Assembly (NCBI GenBank): GCA_016124515.1
Contig: WGNN01000006.1
Coordinates: forward strand, 5,638 to 69,637
Length of the DNA stretch: 64,000 bases
Direction of reading: 5' to 3'
Source: a bacterium
Lineage (GTDB): Bacteria > Bacteroidota > Bacteroidia > CAILMK01 > JACPUW01
Numbering within the stretch: position 1 is the first letter of the stretch; the number at the start of each line of letters is the position of its first letter. The notes beneath the pieces were generated by a model. That model was not told the DNA's origin and made no database searches. It saw nothing but the letters and a program-made list of their open reading frames with translations. This document shows positions 1 to 10,324 of the stretch, one piece after another. The position numbers and the translations under genes are program-made.

Positions 1-128
1 ACTAACTCACTTATTTAACGTGCAGCAAAGGAACTCATTAAAAGCCCGCTTAAACCCAAATTCAAGCGAATGACAAGCGCTTTAAAGCGAATGGTATAGA
101 ATACAAATTTTACTGAAGCGCCGTGACA

Positions 129-524
129 TCAGGGCAATAGAAATTGCTCAAAAAGCTTAATCGACGTGCGGGTAATCGGCTTTTTTACCACCGCCTTTAC
201 CACCGGAAAAATTTGGATATCAGGGTGGCTATGGTCTATTTCTTTGCTGCTGACAATAAGCACCTGCAAACTTTTTTCAGGGTTTTCCAATCGGCTCATT
301 AGCAGGTGCAAAAACTCAAGTCCGCTCATATTGGGCATCTCCAAATCAAGAAAAATCAAGTTTGGAGCTTTGCCGCCATTCAAAAATTCCAGTGCTGCTT
401 CCCCCGCCTCAAAATAATGAATTGTGGCGTTTGGTGGATTTATTTTTCTCATAACCCGCGCATACATGTGCAGGGCAAGGGGTTCATCGTCTATTACCCA
501 TACCTGTTTCTTCTCTGTTGTCAT
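129..524 (-). CDS. Single-domain response regulator (CheY-like receiver only)
   Basis: REC signature 'VWVIDDEPLA...LIFLDLEMPNMSGLEFL...KKPI'. Overlaps the upstream gene by 4 bp, which implies translational coupling. Confidence 0.8.
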   Translation of the reverse strand: MTTEKKQVWVIDDEPLALHMYARVMRKINPPNATIHYFEAGEAALEFLNGGKAPNLIFLDLEMPNMSGLEFLHLLMSRLENPEKSLQVLIVSSKEIDHSHPDIQIFPVVKAVVKKPITRTSIKLFEQFLLP

Positions 525-2158
525 TTTTGCAGTATATTCATTATTTCATTATCTTTTATTGGTTTTTCTATATGGGCTCTCAAAAAAGGAAACCTATCCA
601 CCGACACCCCTCTTTTTGAAAGGTATTCAATACTATGGGCACTTAGCGTGTAAAGTTGAGTAACATTGAGGCCCTCCGCCGCCACTGCTTTTATTATTTC
701 TACCCCGCCAATATCGGGCATTTGAAGGTCAAGAAAAACCTTGTCCACTTTTTTTACGCTGTTGCGCAGGTAAAAGAGCGCCATTCTGCTATCGGAAAAA
801 GCCACCACATTCACATGCGGCACCCTGTCGGTAATGTGGCTTTTGAGCACCATGGTGTCGTTTTCGTTGTCATCTATTATTACCACATTTACCTTCGACT
901 TGTTTTGCAGCTCATTGAGCCAAATATCTTCGTAGCCTTCCAGACCTTCTACAGCAAATTTCAATTGTTGGTCTATATCAGACAATAGGTTTCCCATTAG
1001 GTTAAAGCCTTCGCAAGCATCAGTATCATTTTGCGAGCCGCTTTTCAACTCATACAAATGCCGCACGGCCATAGCGGTGCTTAGTGGTCCGCGCAACTTG
1101 TGGTTCAGGTTTCGCATAACCGCACCAAAGGTTTCAATAAGCTCATTGTCACGCACTTCCCTTATTCTGTGGTCGGTTATATTTCGCAATATCACGAGGT
1201 ATTCAGCGGGTTTTGCACCTGAACTCAACCTGATAAACAAACCATCGAGAAAAATATGCCTGCCCTGCGCATTGAGCATTCGCAGGTCGTGTGCTTCTGT
1301 TTTCCGCAAACTGCTTGCTTCATTATAAAAAGGCAATTTGTTGATAGAAGCCGGATTTACATAATCAATAAAATTGTGCTTTTCTTGCCCACTGAGGGCC
1401 AATGTTTCGTAAAATATGTCGTTCGCATCAAGTATTTCGGCATCAGCTCCCAATTTGCACATGAGGTCTCGCGAGTTGCTGAAAAGGGTTTGAAAATTTT
1501 CAATTTCCTTGGTCAGGTTGTGGTTAAGTACTTCGTTTTTATCCTTAAGTGTATTGGTAAGCTCGGCTACATTATATATGTTTATCCGGTTGATGCGGCT
1601 TTGGTTGATGGCTATATAAATAATAAAAATAAGACACATAACCGATACCACCACCGAAATAATCAGGTTGCGCCAATAGTCCGTTTCCAGCTCAAAAATA
1701 CCGTAGTTGATGTCGATTGCCACAAAAAACAGCACAATTGACAGGCTGTTTATTATTGGCGATAAATAAAGCACCCAAGCGGGTACAGTGGTGTTGTTTG
1801 AAAAAAGCGGACCAAAGAAAAAGATGGGCATCAACATCATAAGGTACACCACAATATATGAGTCAATATGGGTTTCAGGGTATTGTACAAGGGCTCTGTA
1901 AAAACCAATCGTAATGATGGCCGGAAAAATCAACAGAAAATAATACTCAAGCACCAATGACGATTGCAGCTTGCCCCGCAAAAGATACAGGCCAATGAGC
2001 ACCAATGAGCCCACAGATAATGCGAGACTTACTGAATCAGGCTGAAGAAATATGAAGTCTATGCTACCAATTACGCAAAGTACAAGCACAAACAAACCCA
2101 TACCAAGCTTGAGCCTTTGTGCCCTTTTGGATAACCTGCCAAACAGTTGAACCTCCAT
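521..2158 (-). CDS. Membrane sensor protein: about 6-7 TM helices, PAS-like region, HisKA-like H-box and C-terminal receiver. No HATPase_c domain is visible.
   Basis: Hydrophobic N-terminal half. H-box 'NHKLRGPLSTAMAV', then REC 'VVIIDDNENDT...FLDLQMPDIGG...EKPI'. No N/G1/G2 ATP-binding boxes between or after them. Confidence 0.65.
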   Translation of the reverse strand: MEVQLFGRLSKRAQRLKLGMGLFVLVLCVIGSIDFIFLQPDSVSLALSVGSLVLIGLYLLRGKLQSSLVLEYYFLLIFPAIITIGFYRALVQYPETHIDSYIVVYLMMLMPIFFFGPLFSNNTTVPAWVLYLSPIINSLSIVLFFVAIDINYGIFELETDYWRNLIISVVVSVMCLIFIIYIAINQSRINRINIYNVAELTNTLKDKNEVLNHNLTKEIENFQTLFSNSRDLMCKLGADAEILDANDIFYETLALSGQEKHNFIDYVNPASINKLPFYNEASSLRKTEAHDLRMLNAQGRHIFLDGLFIRLSSGAKPAEYLVILRNITDHRIREVRDNELIETFGAVMRNLNHKLRGPLSTAMAVRHLYELKSGSQNDTDACEGFNLMGNLLSDIDQQLKFAVEGLEGYEDIWLNELQNKSKVNVVIIDDNENDTMVLKSHITDRVPHVNVVAFSDSRMALFYLRNSVKKVDKVFLDLQMPDIGGVEIIKAVAAEGLNVTQLYTLSAHSIEYLSKRGVSVDRFPFLRAHIEKPIKDNEIMNILQK

Positions 2159-2382
2159 CGGAAATCAGATGCAAATGGATGGGTTAAATTGATGTTGCGC
2201 TATTGGCAACTTTTTGCTCAAAAACTTTCCACAAAAATCGGTCACAAGCATAGTATTGTATTATCTACGCGAATATGATATGTGGTGAGCGCCCTAACCC
2301 AAAATAAAAGTAAATGGTAGCCTTAACAAATTATAGCGTGATAGAAACAAATTATTTGGTACCAAAGCAACAAGCCCGCAAG

Positions 2383-3075
2383 CTATGACTTGAGCCCAAG
2401 CAACTCATAAATCTCCTTGCGTTTGTCGCGGCTTATAGGGATGAGTTTCTTTGGCGTAATAATAAAATTTTCGTCAACCCCTTCTACAAAATTGATGGAA
2501 ACAAGGTAGCTGCGGTGCGGTTTAAAAAACAACTTTGCGGGCAAGCGCGATTCAATTTCCTTGATGGTGCCATAGGGTGTAATGGTATCGGACTGTGTAA
2601 CGATATTGATATAATTCCCATCATTTTCTATATAAACAATTTCGTCAAATGATATTTTTCTATAGATCCCGTCAACCTTAAGAAAAAGATGCCGCCCCTT
2701 TACCTGCTCCTGCTTTCCGCTACTCATTTTTTGATAAAATTTGCGCACCGCTACGGCGAACCGGTCAATTTTTACAGGTTTGTGCAAGTAATCTATTACT
2801 TGCAGGGTAAAGGCATCCACCGCAAATTCTTTATAATCTGATATGATAATTACGCCCGTATCGGCGGCTATTTTTTGAATAAGCTCCAGACCGCTTATGC
2901 CGGGCATGAGCACATCTACAAACAACAAGTCAATTTTGGTTTCCTGCAAAAAAGCAAGGGCTTTTTGCCCGTCAGAAAACTCTGCCACCAACTCCAAATC
3001 CTGGTAATGGCTGATTAAATGCCTCATGGCACCACGGCTCAGCTCGTCATCATCTATTACTACACATTTATACAT
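2383..3075 (-). CDS. LytTR-family response regulator (REC + LytTR DNA-binding domain)
   Basis: REC 'CVVIDDDELSR...LLFVDVLMPGISGLEL' then LytTR-like C-terminus 'IVYIENDGNYINIVT...KPHRSYLVSINFV'. Start trimmed to 'MYKCVVIDDD' (cat at 3073-3075) because the long N-extension overlaps the upstream kinase. Confidence 0.8.
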   Translation of the reverse strand: MYKCVVIDDDELSRGAMRHLISHYQDLELVAEFSDGQKALAFLQETKIDLLFVDVLMPGISGLELIQKIAADTGVIIISDYKEFAVDAFTLQVIDYLHKPVKIDRFAVAVRKFYQKMSSGKQEQVKGRHLFLKVDGIYRKISFDEIVYIENDGNYINIVTQSDTITPYGTIKEIESRLPAKLFFKPHRSYLVSINFVEGVDENFIITPKKLIPISRDKRKEIYELLGLKS

Positions 3076-5941
3076 TTTGGGTGAGGTACTTTTGTTGTTT
3101 TGCCAAAATTGGCTTTTGCGCCAATACTTCCTTATACACTTCTTCAAGCTCAATAGCCACCTTATCAAGCGCTTCTCCCGACTTTATTTCCAATTCAACG
3201 GCGGCCAGCCTGTTGCTCAGATGGCTTAAATTTACCATAGACATGGATGGCTTAATTTTATGGACGAGAAACTCAAGATCGTTGTAGTTGGCTTTTGAAA
3301 GCGCGTCAAATATAATACTGAAATTGGAATCAACCTCAGCAAGAAAAGTGCTGATGCTTTCGAACAAATACTTTTTATTATTGCCGTAAATAGCGCGCAT
3401 TTCATCGCTGTTGAGCTCGGGTATAAGCATGGCTGCCTGCGGCAAAGTGGGTTCTGCGTGCTGTGGCATCGAAAACTTTTCGCTTATATGCGCAATAAAT
3501 TCTACCGGCAAAAATGGCTTGGAAATAACCTTATCTATGGCCACCGCATTCACATCCACACGCAGTGCATCAATAGGCGTAGCACTCATTATATATACAG
3601 GCCGCTTGTAGCCCAAGGCACGCAGCGCGCGGGTTGTTTCAAAACCATCCTTATGAGGCATGCGGTAGTCTATTAGCACCAAATCGGGTTGCAAACCCCT
3701 GCTCAACATTTCAATGGCTTCGTTGCCATTGGCTGCCAAGGCAAGACTAACCTCGTAGGGCTGCATTATGTTTTTTATATAATCCCTTATCTGTTTAGCA
3801 TCATCAACTACCAATAAGTTTGTAAGTACTTTTTTGTTTTCATCTATTGCTACTTCGCGCTTTTGCAAACTGAGCTCATTGATGGCGGAAGCCACAAACG
3901 ACACCGTAAAACAGGAACCTTTTTCAGGGGTGCTTTCAAGGCTCAGGCTACCGTTTAGTGCACCTACCAAACCTTTTACTATACCCAAACCAAGACCGGT
4001 TCCTTCAAAATGGGTTTCTACATTGGCCGCCCTTCCGTAGTCATTAAAAATCACCTCCCGGTCTTTGGCATCTATGCCTATTCCTGAGTCAAATACATCG
4101 ATTACGAACCTGCATTTATTATCTTTCCCCGCCTCGCATTTCACATTGATACCCACAAATCCGGCGCGGGTAAATTTCAAGGCATTCGAAAGCAAGTTGG
4201 TGAGTATTTGATAAATTATCTTTTTATCAGAAATAATTCCAAATGGCAGGTCATTGCTGAGCAGGGTAATAAACTCCAAGCCTTTATCATCGGCCAACAC
4301 CTTAAAATTCTGCACGATAGACTCAAGAAAAGTACGCAGTTCAAAAGCTTCGGCATGCACATTTACCTTTCCGGCTTTTATTTTATTGTAATCCAGCACA
4401 TCGTCGACCAGGCTGCGCAAGTGGTCGGCTGCCAAACGCGCAGATTTAATATAGGAATAAAAATTTTCTTTGCTTTTTACGCCTTCCAACAGCGCCAAGG
4501 TACCCTGCAGGGCGGTAAGCGGGGTTCGCACTTCGTGGCTCATACGCGCCGTAAAGTTTTGCTCGGCACGCCGTGCTTCATCCGCCTCTTGCTTGGCTTT
4601 GCGCAGGTAGTTTTCCAGGTTTTTCATTTCGGTAATGTCAAAATGAATACCCATGCTACCGGTTACCTCGCCACGGCTGTTTTTAATGGGCGCACCTGAA
4701 ATAAGCACGTGCTTCTTGCGACCGCTTTTGGCTATAATGGTAATCTCGTAGGCACTCGACACATCTTCCTGCCGGCTGACATTGGCTGCATCGGTTATTT
4801 TTTTCTGTTCGGCGTCAACCAATATATCGCTTGCCCGCTTGCCTACCAATTCATCAGCACTGTACTCTACCAAAGTTTCAAATTTTGGAAACACTTTGGT
4901 TACCACATCATTATTATCAACTTCCAAAATACCCAGTTCCAGGTTTTCGAGCACCGAACTGTATTTCAGTTCATTCTCGCGCAAGAGGTATTCCTGTTCT
5001 TCCAGTTTGGTTATGTCATTATAAATCCACAAATGGCCCAGGTACCTTTCCTGATGAAAAATGGGAACATAATCGCGCATAAGTATGGTGCCATCCACCA
5101 TTTTCAGGTACTCTTGCGCCACCAGTTTTCGCTCGGTTATTATTTTTTCTACGCCTTTCACAAATGCTTCGGGCTCCTGAAAAAGGTGCTTGCTTTGCTC
5201 AGCTGCATCGCTGCAATCTACCCCCACCATGTGGTCGGCACTTGCCGGAATGCCAAACAGATGACAAAACTTGTCGTTGGTAAGCAAAATACGGCGGTGT
5301 TCGTCTTCCATTAGTATGGCCTGCTGCATGTTTTTAATCAGGTTGCTCAGGCGAGTACGCTCTATTTCGCGTTGTTCGGCAATGTTGCGCTGCTCGGTTA
5401 TATTGCGCGCCACCACAAAAGCACCCAAAAAATCATCGCCATCAAATAACAACTGCACATTTTGCCCCAGCCAAACCACTGCGCCCTGCTTGCTTATCAG
5501 CGGCACTTCCTTGTAAGATTTTATGCGGTTTTGGGCTATGCAATCGGCGTAAAAGTTATAAATCTCTTCTTTGTACTCTTCTTTCAGATAATCATAAAAA
5601 TGTTTGCCTTTCAGCTCCTCCTCAGTATAGCCCAGTATGTGCGCCACACCGCCTTGCACCGAGGTAAGCACTCCTTCGTGGTTGAGCTCATAAATAATAT
5701 CGGTGCTGTGCCGCAATATCGATTTCAGCCGCGTTTCGCTATCAGATAATGCCTTTGCCAAATCTGATTTGGTTTGCTCCAACTCCCAACGCAATTGCTC
5801 ATTTTGTTGCTTTATCAGCTGCGCATTTTCCAAGCCCATTTCAGCCGCTGCCCGGGCAGTCCGCTCCTTGTCAAGAGCCTGTTCCAGCTCCCGTAACCTT
5901 TGTTGCAATTCACTATCAATCAGTTCCTTTTCCTTGGCCAT
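3068..5941 (-). CDS. Cytoplasmic hybrid sensor histidine kinase (coiled-coil, PAS repeats, HisKA, HATPase_c, REC, probable C-terminal HPt)
   Basis: H-box 'RMSHEVRTPLTALQG'. ATPase boxes 'LLSNALKFT', 'DSGIGI', 'GTGLGLGIVKGLV'. REC 'LLVVDDAKQIR...LVLIDYRMPHKDG'. HPt-like tail. No TM segment. Confidence 0.9.
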   Translation of the reverse strand: MAKEKELIDSELQQRLRELEQALDKERTARAAAEMGLENAQLIKQQNEQLRWELEQTKSDLAKALSDSETRLKSILRHSTDIIYELNHEGVLTSVQGGVAHILGYTEEELKGKHFYDYLKEEYKEEIYNFYADCIAQNRIKSYKEVPLISKQGAVVWLGQNVQLLFDGDDFLGAFVVARNITEQRNIAEQREIERTRLSNLIKNMQQAILMEDEHRRILLTNDKFCHLFGIPASADHMVGVDCSDAAEQSKHLFQEPEAFVKGVEKIITERKLVAQEYLKMVDGTILMRDYVPIFHQERYLGHLWIYNDITKLEEQEYLLRENELKYSSVLENLELGILEVDNNDVVTKVFPKFETLVEYSADELVGKRASDILVDAEQKKITDAANVSRQEDVSSAYEITIIAKSGRKKHVLISGAPIKNSRGEVTGSMGIHFDITEMKNLENYLRKAKQEADEARRAEQNFTARMSHEVRTPLTALQGTLALLEGVKSKENFYSYIKSARLAADHLRSLVDDVLDYNKIKAGKVNVHAEAFELRTFLESIVQNFKVLADDKGLEFITLLSNDLPFGIISDKKIIYQILTNLLSNALKFTRAGFVGINVKCEAGKDNKCRFVIDVFDSGIGIDAKDREVIFNDYGRAANVETHFEGTGLGLGIVKGLVGALNGSLSLESTPEKGSCFTVSFVASAINELSLQKREVAIDENKKVLTNLLVVDDAKQIRDYIKNIMQPYEVSLALAANGNEAIEMLSRGLQPDLVLIDYRMPHKDGFETTRALRALGYKRPVYIMSATPIDALRVDVNAVAIDKVISKPFLPVEFIAHISEKFSMPQHAEPTLPQAAMLIPELNSDEMRAIYGNNKKYLFESISTFLAEVDSNFSIIFDALSKANYNDLEFLVHKIKPSMSMVNLSHLSNRLAAVELEIKSGEALDKVAIELEEVYKEVLAQKPILAKQQKYLTQNV

Positions 5942-6034
5942 ACGGCTATACGCTTCCGATTTATTACTTAAAAAAAACTATATTTTTTAACCAGATGGAT
6001 ACATTAACGCAGATTGCTTGAATTGGTTTTGGAC

Positions 6035-7243
6035 TTATGCATGGTTTACAACGGCAGTTTTGCGTTTGCTTTTCTCCCACAAGGCGGTTTGGCTGCCCGC
6101 TCTGTAGCGCTTATAACCGGCCAATACAGCCACATTCATCATCACAAAATAGAAGGGCACAAACAGTAGCTTCAATTTGAGCTTGCGCTGCTCGAGCAAA
6201 TAACCAAGACCCGCTGCCAGATAAAAAACAAGCTGTGCAAACAATAACAACAGGTAAACCGGATGTGGCTCCAAAACAACCAAAGCCAGATTGGCCAATA
6301 AAATAAGTGGCAACATAAACGGCGCTACGGCCCAGCGCATGACCCTGTGCGACACAAACTCAAAGCTGCTTAAACCGTGTTTAAACGGATTGAAAAGCGA
6401 CTTTAAACGTCCGATGCTTTGAAAACCACCCGCCGCTATGCGCACTTTGCGCTTGAACTCTTCGGCTACATTTTCAGAGGCTGTTTCGGTAGCTCTTGCT
6501 TGCGGTTCATAAGCCACTTTGTAGCCGCGTTCCACCAGCCGCATACTTATCATAAAATCGTCTAAAATGCTATCAGACTCCACCTCCTCAAACAAGGCGG
6601 TGCGAATAGAAAACAACTCGCCTGCTGAACCCACCAAAGTGTGCAACTCGGCATCCATCCGCTTTAAAAACGACTCATATTTCCAGTAAATGCCTTCACC
6701 GGCGCCACTCGCACTGTCGGCGCCATCGCTTTGCACCACTTTTTCGCCACTTACACCGCCCACTTTCGCATCGCTATAATGTTGGGCCAAGTGGAGCAAA
6801 CAATTGGTATTGAGCATGGTATTGGCGTCGCAAAAAACGATTATCTCGCTTTCTATGAGTTTCATGGCGCGGTTCATGGCCGCTATTTTGCCTTTTCGCT
6901 CAGCTTGGTGCCAAACTTCAATTCCTTCTATAGGTTGCAGGGCTTCGGGTGTACCATCGTTTGAGCCATCGGTTACAAACACTATGCGCAATTTGCCCGG
7001 CTCGTAAGCCAATTGAAGCGAATTTTTTACCTTTTCTATAATAAAATCCACCTCGTTGAAAGATGGAACCACCAAGGTGCAGCTGGGCAAATTTTCTGAC
7101 TTCAGCTCAACGGGGCGTGTGCCTTTCTTGGCAAAGATTCTTTTGATTTTTACCATTACAAAAACCAGCACCGCATAGCCAAGATAGGTGTAAAACACCA
7201 GAAAAAGGGCAAGCCAGAATATGGTTTCTATAAGGGTACTCAT
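6035..7243 (-). CDS. Membrane-embedded family 2 glycosyltransferase (synthase-like, C-terminal multi-TM)
   Basis: N-terminal TM, GT-A core ('VTDGSNDGT', 'VFCDANTM'), QxxRW-like 'RKVRIAAGG', 4-5 C-terminal TM helices. Confidence 0.75.
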   Translation of the reverse strand: MSTLIETIFWLALFLVFYTYLGYAVLVFVMVKIKRIFAKKGTRPVELKSENLPSCTLVVPSFNEVDFIIEKVKNSLQLAYEPGKLRIVFVTDGSNDGTPEALQPIEGIEVWHQAERKGKIAAMNRAMKLIESEIIVFCDANTMLNTNCLLHLAQHYSDAKVGGVSGEKVVQSDGADSASGAGEGIYWKYESFLKRMDAELHTLVGSAGELFSIRTALFEEVESDSILDDFMISMRLVERGYKVAYEPQARATETASENVAEEFKRKVRIAAGGFQSIGRLKSLFNPFKHGLSSFEFVSHRVMRWAVAPFMLPLILLANLALVVLEPHPVYLLLLFAQLVFYLAAGLGYLLEQRKLKLKLLFVPFYFVMMNVAVLAGYKRYRAGSQTALWEKSKRKTAVVNHA

Positions 7244-7247
7244 GGAA

Positions 7248-8009
7248 TTAAGCTTTTTTCCAAACGGTATAAAAACCGCTGGTAAAACCTACAGGAAGGG
7301 CATCGGCTACGGCACAATCCAATTTTTGCAAGGCCATAATGCGGTTGGTGAGAAATGAGTATGGAAACACCGCTTCCACAAAATTGGCATTCTGAATTTT
7401 CTGAATTTTAAAGCGGGCTTTATCGGCCAACTCGTTCAATGCCTTTCTGTTGAAAAACTGCACATGCGTAAGGTCGGCAGCAGCTGACTGTACCGTAGTG
7501 CCGCTGTAGCCCAGGCTCGACTTGGTATTCATCATCATTTTTTTCATAGTGCCGCCCCTGCGGTAAATGGCCTGCATGGGCTTGGTCATCAACACTTCGC
7601 GCGGGCCGTAGCCGTTGGGCACTGTTACCACCAGCACGCCATCATCGGTGAGAATATCGTGCAATACCGCCACCAATTTTTCGGGTTCATCCAAATGCTC
7701 AAGCACTTCGCTGCACACTATGGCTTTGTAACGTTCGCCGTTATCGCGCAGTTGCTCTGCAGGCCGCACCTCAAAGCTTACGTTGGTGTAAGGATTGCGT
7801 TTTTTTGCCACTTCAATGGCATCGGGGCTAATATCTATGCCTTTCACATCGTAGCCTTTTTCGCCCAAAAACAGGCTGATATTGCCGTTGCCACAGCCAA
7901 CATCAAGCACCTTTCCCTGCTCGCCAATTGCCTCTTTTATATTGTTATAAATAAAATTAAGGCGTTTTAAATCCTCGGCTTTTGAGTATAAAATCAATTT
8001 ATTTTCCAT
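7248..8009 (-). CDS. Class I SAM-dependent methyltransferase
   Basis: Motif I 'VLDVGCGNGNISLFL', post-I acidic 'DISPDAI', 'IVCSEVLEHL'. Confidence 0.85.
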   Translation of the reverse strand: MENKLILYSKAEDLKRLNFIYNNIKEAIGEQGKVLDVGCGNGNISLFLGEKGYDVKGIDISPDAIEVAKKRNPYTNVSFEVRPAEQLRDNGERYKAIVCSEVLEHLDEPEKLVAVLHDILTDDGVLVVTVPNGYGPREVLMTKPMQAIYRRGGTMKKMMMNTKSSLGYSGTTVQSAAADLTHVQFFNRKALNELADKARFKIQKIQNANFVEAVFPYSFLTNRIMALQKLDCAVADALPVGFTSGFYTVWKKA

Positions 8010-9136
8010 TATTGTAATATTTCATTATACACTTCCAATGTTTGCAGCGCGGTATTGCGCCAGGTAAATTTTCGGGCGTTTTCAAAACCCAATGCCACCA
8101 GTTTATCACGCTCGTCTTTATTATTTGTCAACTCGGTCATGGCGGCGGCCATCTCTTGTATTTTTTCAGGATTTATGAGCCTTGCTGCGCCACCGGCCAC
8201 CTCGGGCATAGATGAGGTATTGGACGTAATAACCGGCACACCGCAAGCCTGCGCTTCTAGAATGGGAATGCCAAAACTTTCTCGAAATGATGGATAGATA
8301 TAAAAGCTGCACAAATTGTAGAGCAAGGGTAACTGTGCGTGTGGCAGGTAGCCCGTAAGCACAAAATGCTCACGGTCGCCAAGGGCTCCGAATTCTTTTA
8401 ATGTATCAGTTAAAAACGCCTCTGTACACTCTACAAGCACCAGCGGCAATGGCTGCTCGCACTGCGTTCTGTATTGCAAATAAGCTTTTATGGAGCCTTT
8501 CATATTCTTTTTCGGTGCCTGATTGCCCAGCGAAAGAATGAAGTTCGATGGCAAATTGGGCTGCTGTTTCCTGAACTCATTCAGCGCTTCATTATCATAA
8601 GTTTTGAATTTGTCGTTGAGCCCGTTGTAAACCACTTTTACCTTATCAGCCGGCAATTGCAGTTTGGCCACAATTCGGGCTTGCTCATAAGCCGAAACCG
8701 TAATGATTTTTTGCGCCTTGCGCACCACGGCAGGCACATTGAACCTTCGATATACGTTGCCAAAATTTTGGTATGCGGTGCCGGTAAAGGCCAGTTTTTC
8801 AAGGTAAATAATATCGTGCAGGGTGATGACCAAAGGCCATTTGACACCCACAGGAGCGGTATTGCTGGTGCAGTGCAACAAATCTATTCCGGCTTTTTTG
8901 GCAGCTTTTGGAAGGGCTATCTGCTCCCAGTCAACGTAAGTTTTGCCGGGTACTTTTACGATTTGCATATTGGCACTATCGGTCAGGCAAGTATGGTCTT
9001 CATCGTCTTTTACAAACACCACAAACTCGTGTTCAGAAGGCAGTTGTTGCAGCTCTCTAAGCACCTCAAGTGCCACTATATCCATACCGTGTTTGTGCGG
9101 TCGGAAAATGCGCTGCGCCTCAATACCAATTCTCAT
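8009..9136 (-). CDS. GT4/GT1-family glycosyltransferase
   Basis: GT-B C-terminal signature 'ESFGIPILEAQACGVPVITSNTSSMPEV'. Start trimmed to 'MRIGIEAQ' (cat at 9134-9136), which abuts the next gene. Confidence 0.85.
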   Translation of the reverse strand: MRIGIEAQRIFRPHKHGMDIVALEVLRELQQLPSEHEFVVFVKDDEDHTCLTDSANMQIVKVPGKTYVDWEQIALPKAAKKAGIDLLHCTSNTAPVGVKWPLVITLHDIIYLEKLAFTGTAYQNFGNVYRRFNVPAVVRKAQKIITVSAYEQARIVAKLQLPADKVKVVYNGLNDKFKTYDNEALNEFRKQQPNLPSNFILSLGNQAPKKNMKGSIKAYLQYRTQCEQPLPLVLVECTEAFLTDTLKEFGALGDREHFVLTGYLPHAQLPLLYNLCSFYIYPSFRESFGIPILEAQACGVPVITSNTSSMPEVAGGAARLINPEKIQEMAAAMTELTNNKDERDKLVALGFENARKFTWRNTALQTLEVYNEILQ

Positions 9137-10320
9137 GAGCCTTTTGTTTTGTGGTTGACATGTGTATGTGGGGTATGAATAAATGAATTTTTCGCCCGGT
9201 TGATTTTGAGCAGCGAAGCCATCATATTGAGCACCGCGCCGGGCATATATGCCAGCGTTCCCAGCATTTGCAATGAGTAGAATTGGCGCGGAATGGCCAA
9301 CATCATTGCCAGCACAAAAACCAGTGAAAAAAGGAGGTTCAATTGGAGCACCGCGGGCAAATGAAGAAGCCAACCCACCACCGTGAGCCCAAGCAAAGCG
9401 GCCATGGTGAGTGCACGAGGAAGCAAGGCAAATTGCAAAGCTTTGTCGAACAAAACCGGACTGCCCGTTGATATAAAATTGCGCAGGCCTTCGCCAAAGT
9501 ATTTGAGCGCAAAATTTACCTGAGCAGCCAACCACCGCGTGCGTTGTTTTTCAAAAATGGCTGCGTTTTGCACTTTTTCGTCAAGCACCACGGCATCGTT
9601 GAGAAAAGCCACCTTTATGCCGCGTTTAATCAACTGTACTTCAAGCTCCTTGTCAAAGCCACTTACAACGTCTATTTCGCTCATTACCTGCTTGTACATC
9701 TGGTATTCAAAAGCCATGGCCGAGCCAATAAGCGCTGAAGGCAGGCCCAAGTGCCAGTGGCCGCGGCGGAAAATTGAATTGTTTATTTCCTCGCTCATGG
9801 CATCGAGGCGGGCAAAGGCGGTATCGGTGTTTTTTGCGGTGCGATGACCCTGCATGGCCGTGTATCCATTTTGATAGGCGGCATTCACTTTTTTCAAAAA
9901 TCCGGGAGCCATCAGGTTGTCTGCATCCAGCACCACCGCCAGGTCATAAGTTTCTTCAAGCGCTGCCATTACCGTGTTCAGGCTTTTGGCTTTGGTACTT
10001 TTTTCAAACGACACTTCTTTGAGCACAATGGGCATTTGGCGCAGTTGCACCAAGGTTTCCTCCGAAAATGAATCGGCTATAACCACCACATCATAATGGC
10101 CGCAGTACTGTTGGTTGAGCGCATCACGCGCCACATCGCAAATGATAATGTCTTCCTTATAACCGGGAATAAACACCGCAATACGGGCAAATTTGTCGGT
10201 TTCGCGCAGCCTTTTTTCTTTGTAAAAAACAGAAACAAAAGCAAAAAAAGCAACGTAAAACACGCCCAGCGCCACATAGGCAGTAGCTATAAGGAGTATT
10301 ATATTCAAAGTTTGCATCAT
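9133..10320 (-). CDS. Membrane family 2 glycosyltransferase (synthase-like)
   Basis: N-terminal TM, 'VVVIADSFSEET', DxD 'VVLDADN', C-terminal TM helices. Confidence 0.8.
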   Translation of the reverse strand: MMQTLNIILLIATAYVALGVFYVAFFAFVSVFYKEKRLRETDKFARIAVFIPGYKEDIIICDVARDALNQQYCGHYDVVVIADSFSEETLVQLRQMPIVLKEVSFEKSTKAKSLNTVMAALEETYDLAVVLDADNLMAPGFLKKVNAAYQNGYTAMQGHRTAKNTDTAFARLDAMSEEINNSIFRRGHWHLGLPSALIGSAMAFEYQMYKQVMSEIDVVSGFDKELEVQLIKRGIKVAFLNDAVVLDEKVQNAAIFEKQRTRWLAAQVNFALKYFGEGLRNFISTGSPVLFDKALQFALLPRALTMAALLGLTVVGWLLHLPAVLQLNLLFSLVFVLAMMLAIPRQFYSLQMLGTLAYMPGAVLNMMASLLKINRAKNSFIHTPHTHVNHKTKGS

Positions 10321-10324
10321 GGTA

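Noticed and set aside
4208-5314. Long antisense ORFs (163 and 201 aa) inside the hybrid histidine kinase gene. Similar shadow ORFs occur at 8474..9178, 13758..14414, 14805..15515, 15959..16372, 17530..18012, 50745..51359 and 51834..52634.
   Set aside because: They lie wholly within strongly supported genes on the opposite strand and have low-complexity, unstructured translations. These are typical shadow ORFs.
5942-6034. A/T palindrome 'ttaaaaaaaactatattttttaa' between the kinase start and the GT2 stop as a terminator
   Set aside because: The stem is A/T only, so not a stable hairpin. It is more likely just an AT-rich promoter region for the kinase gene.
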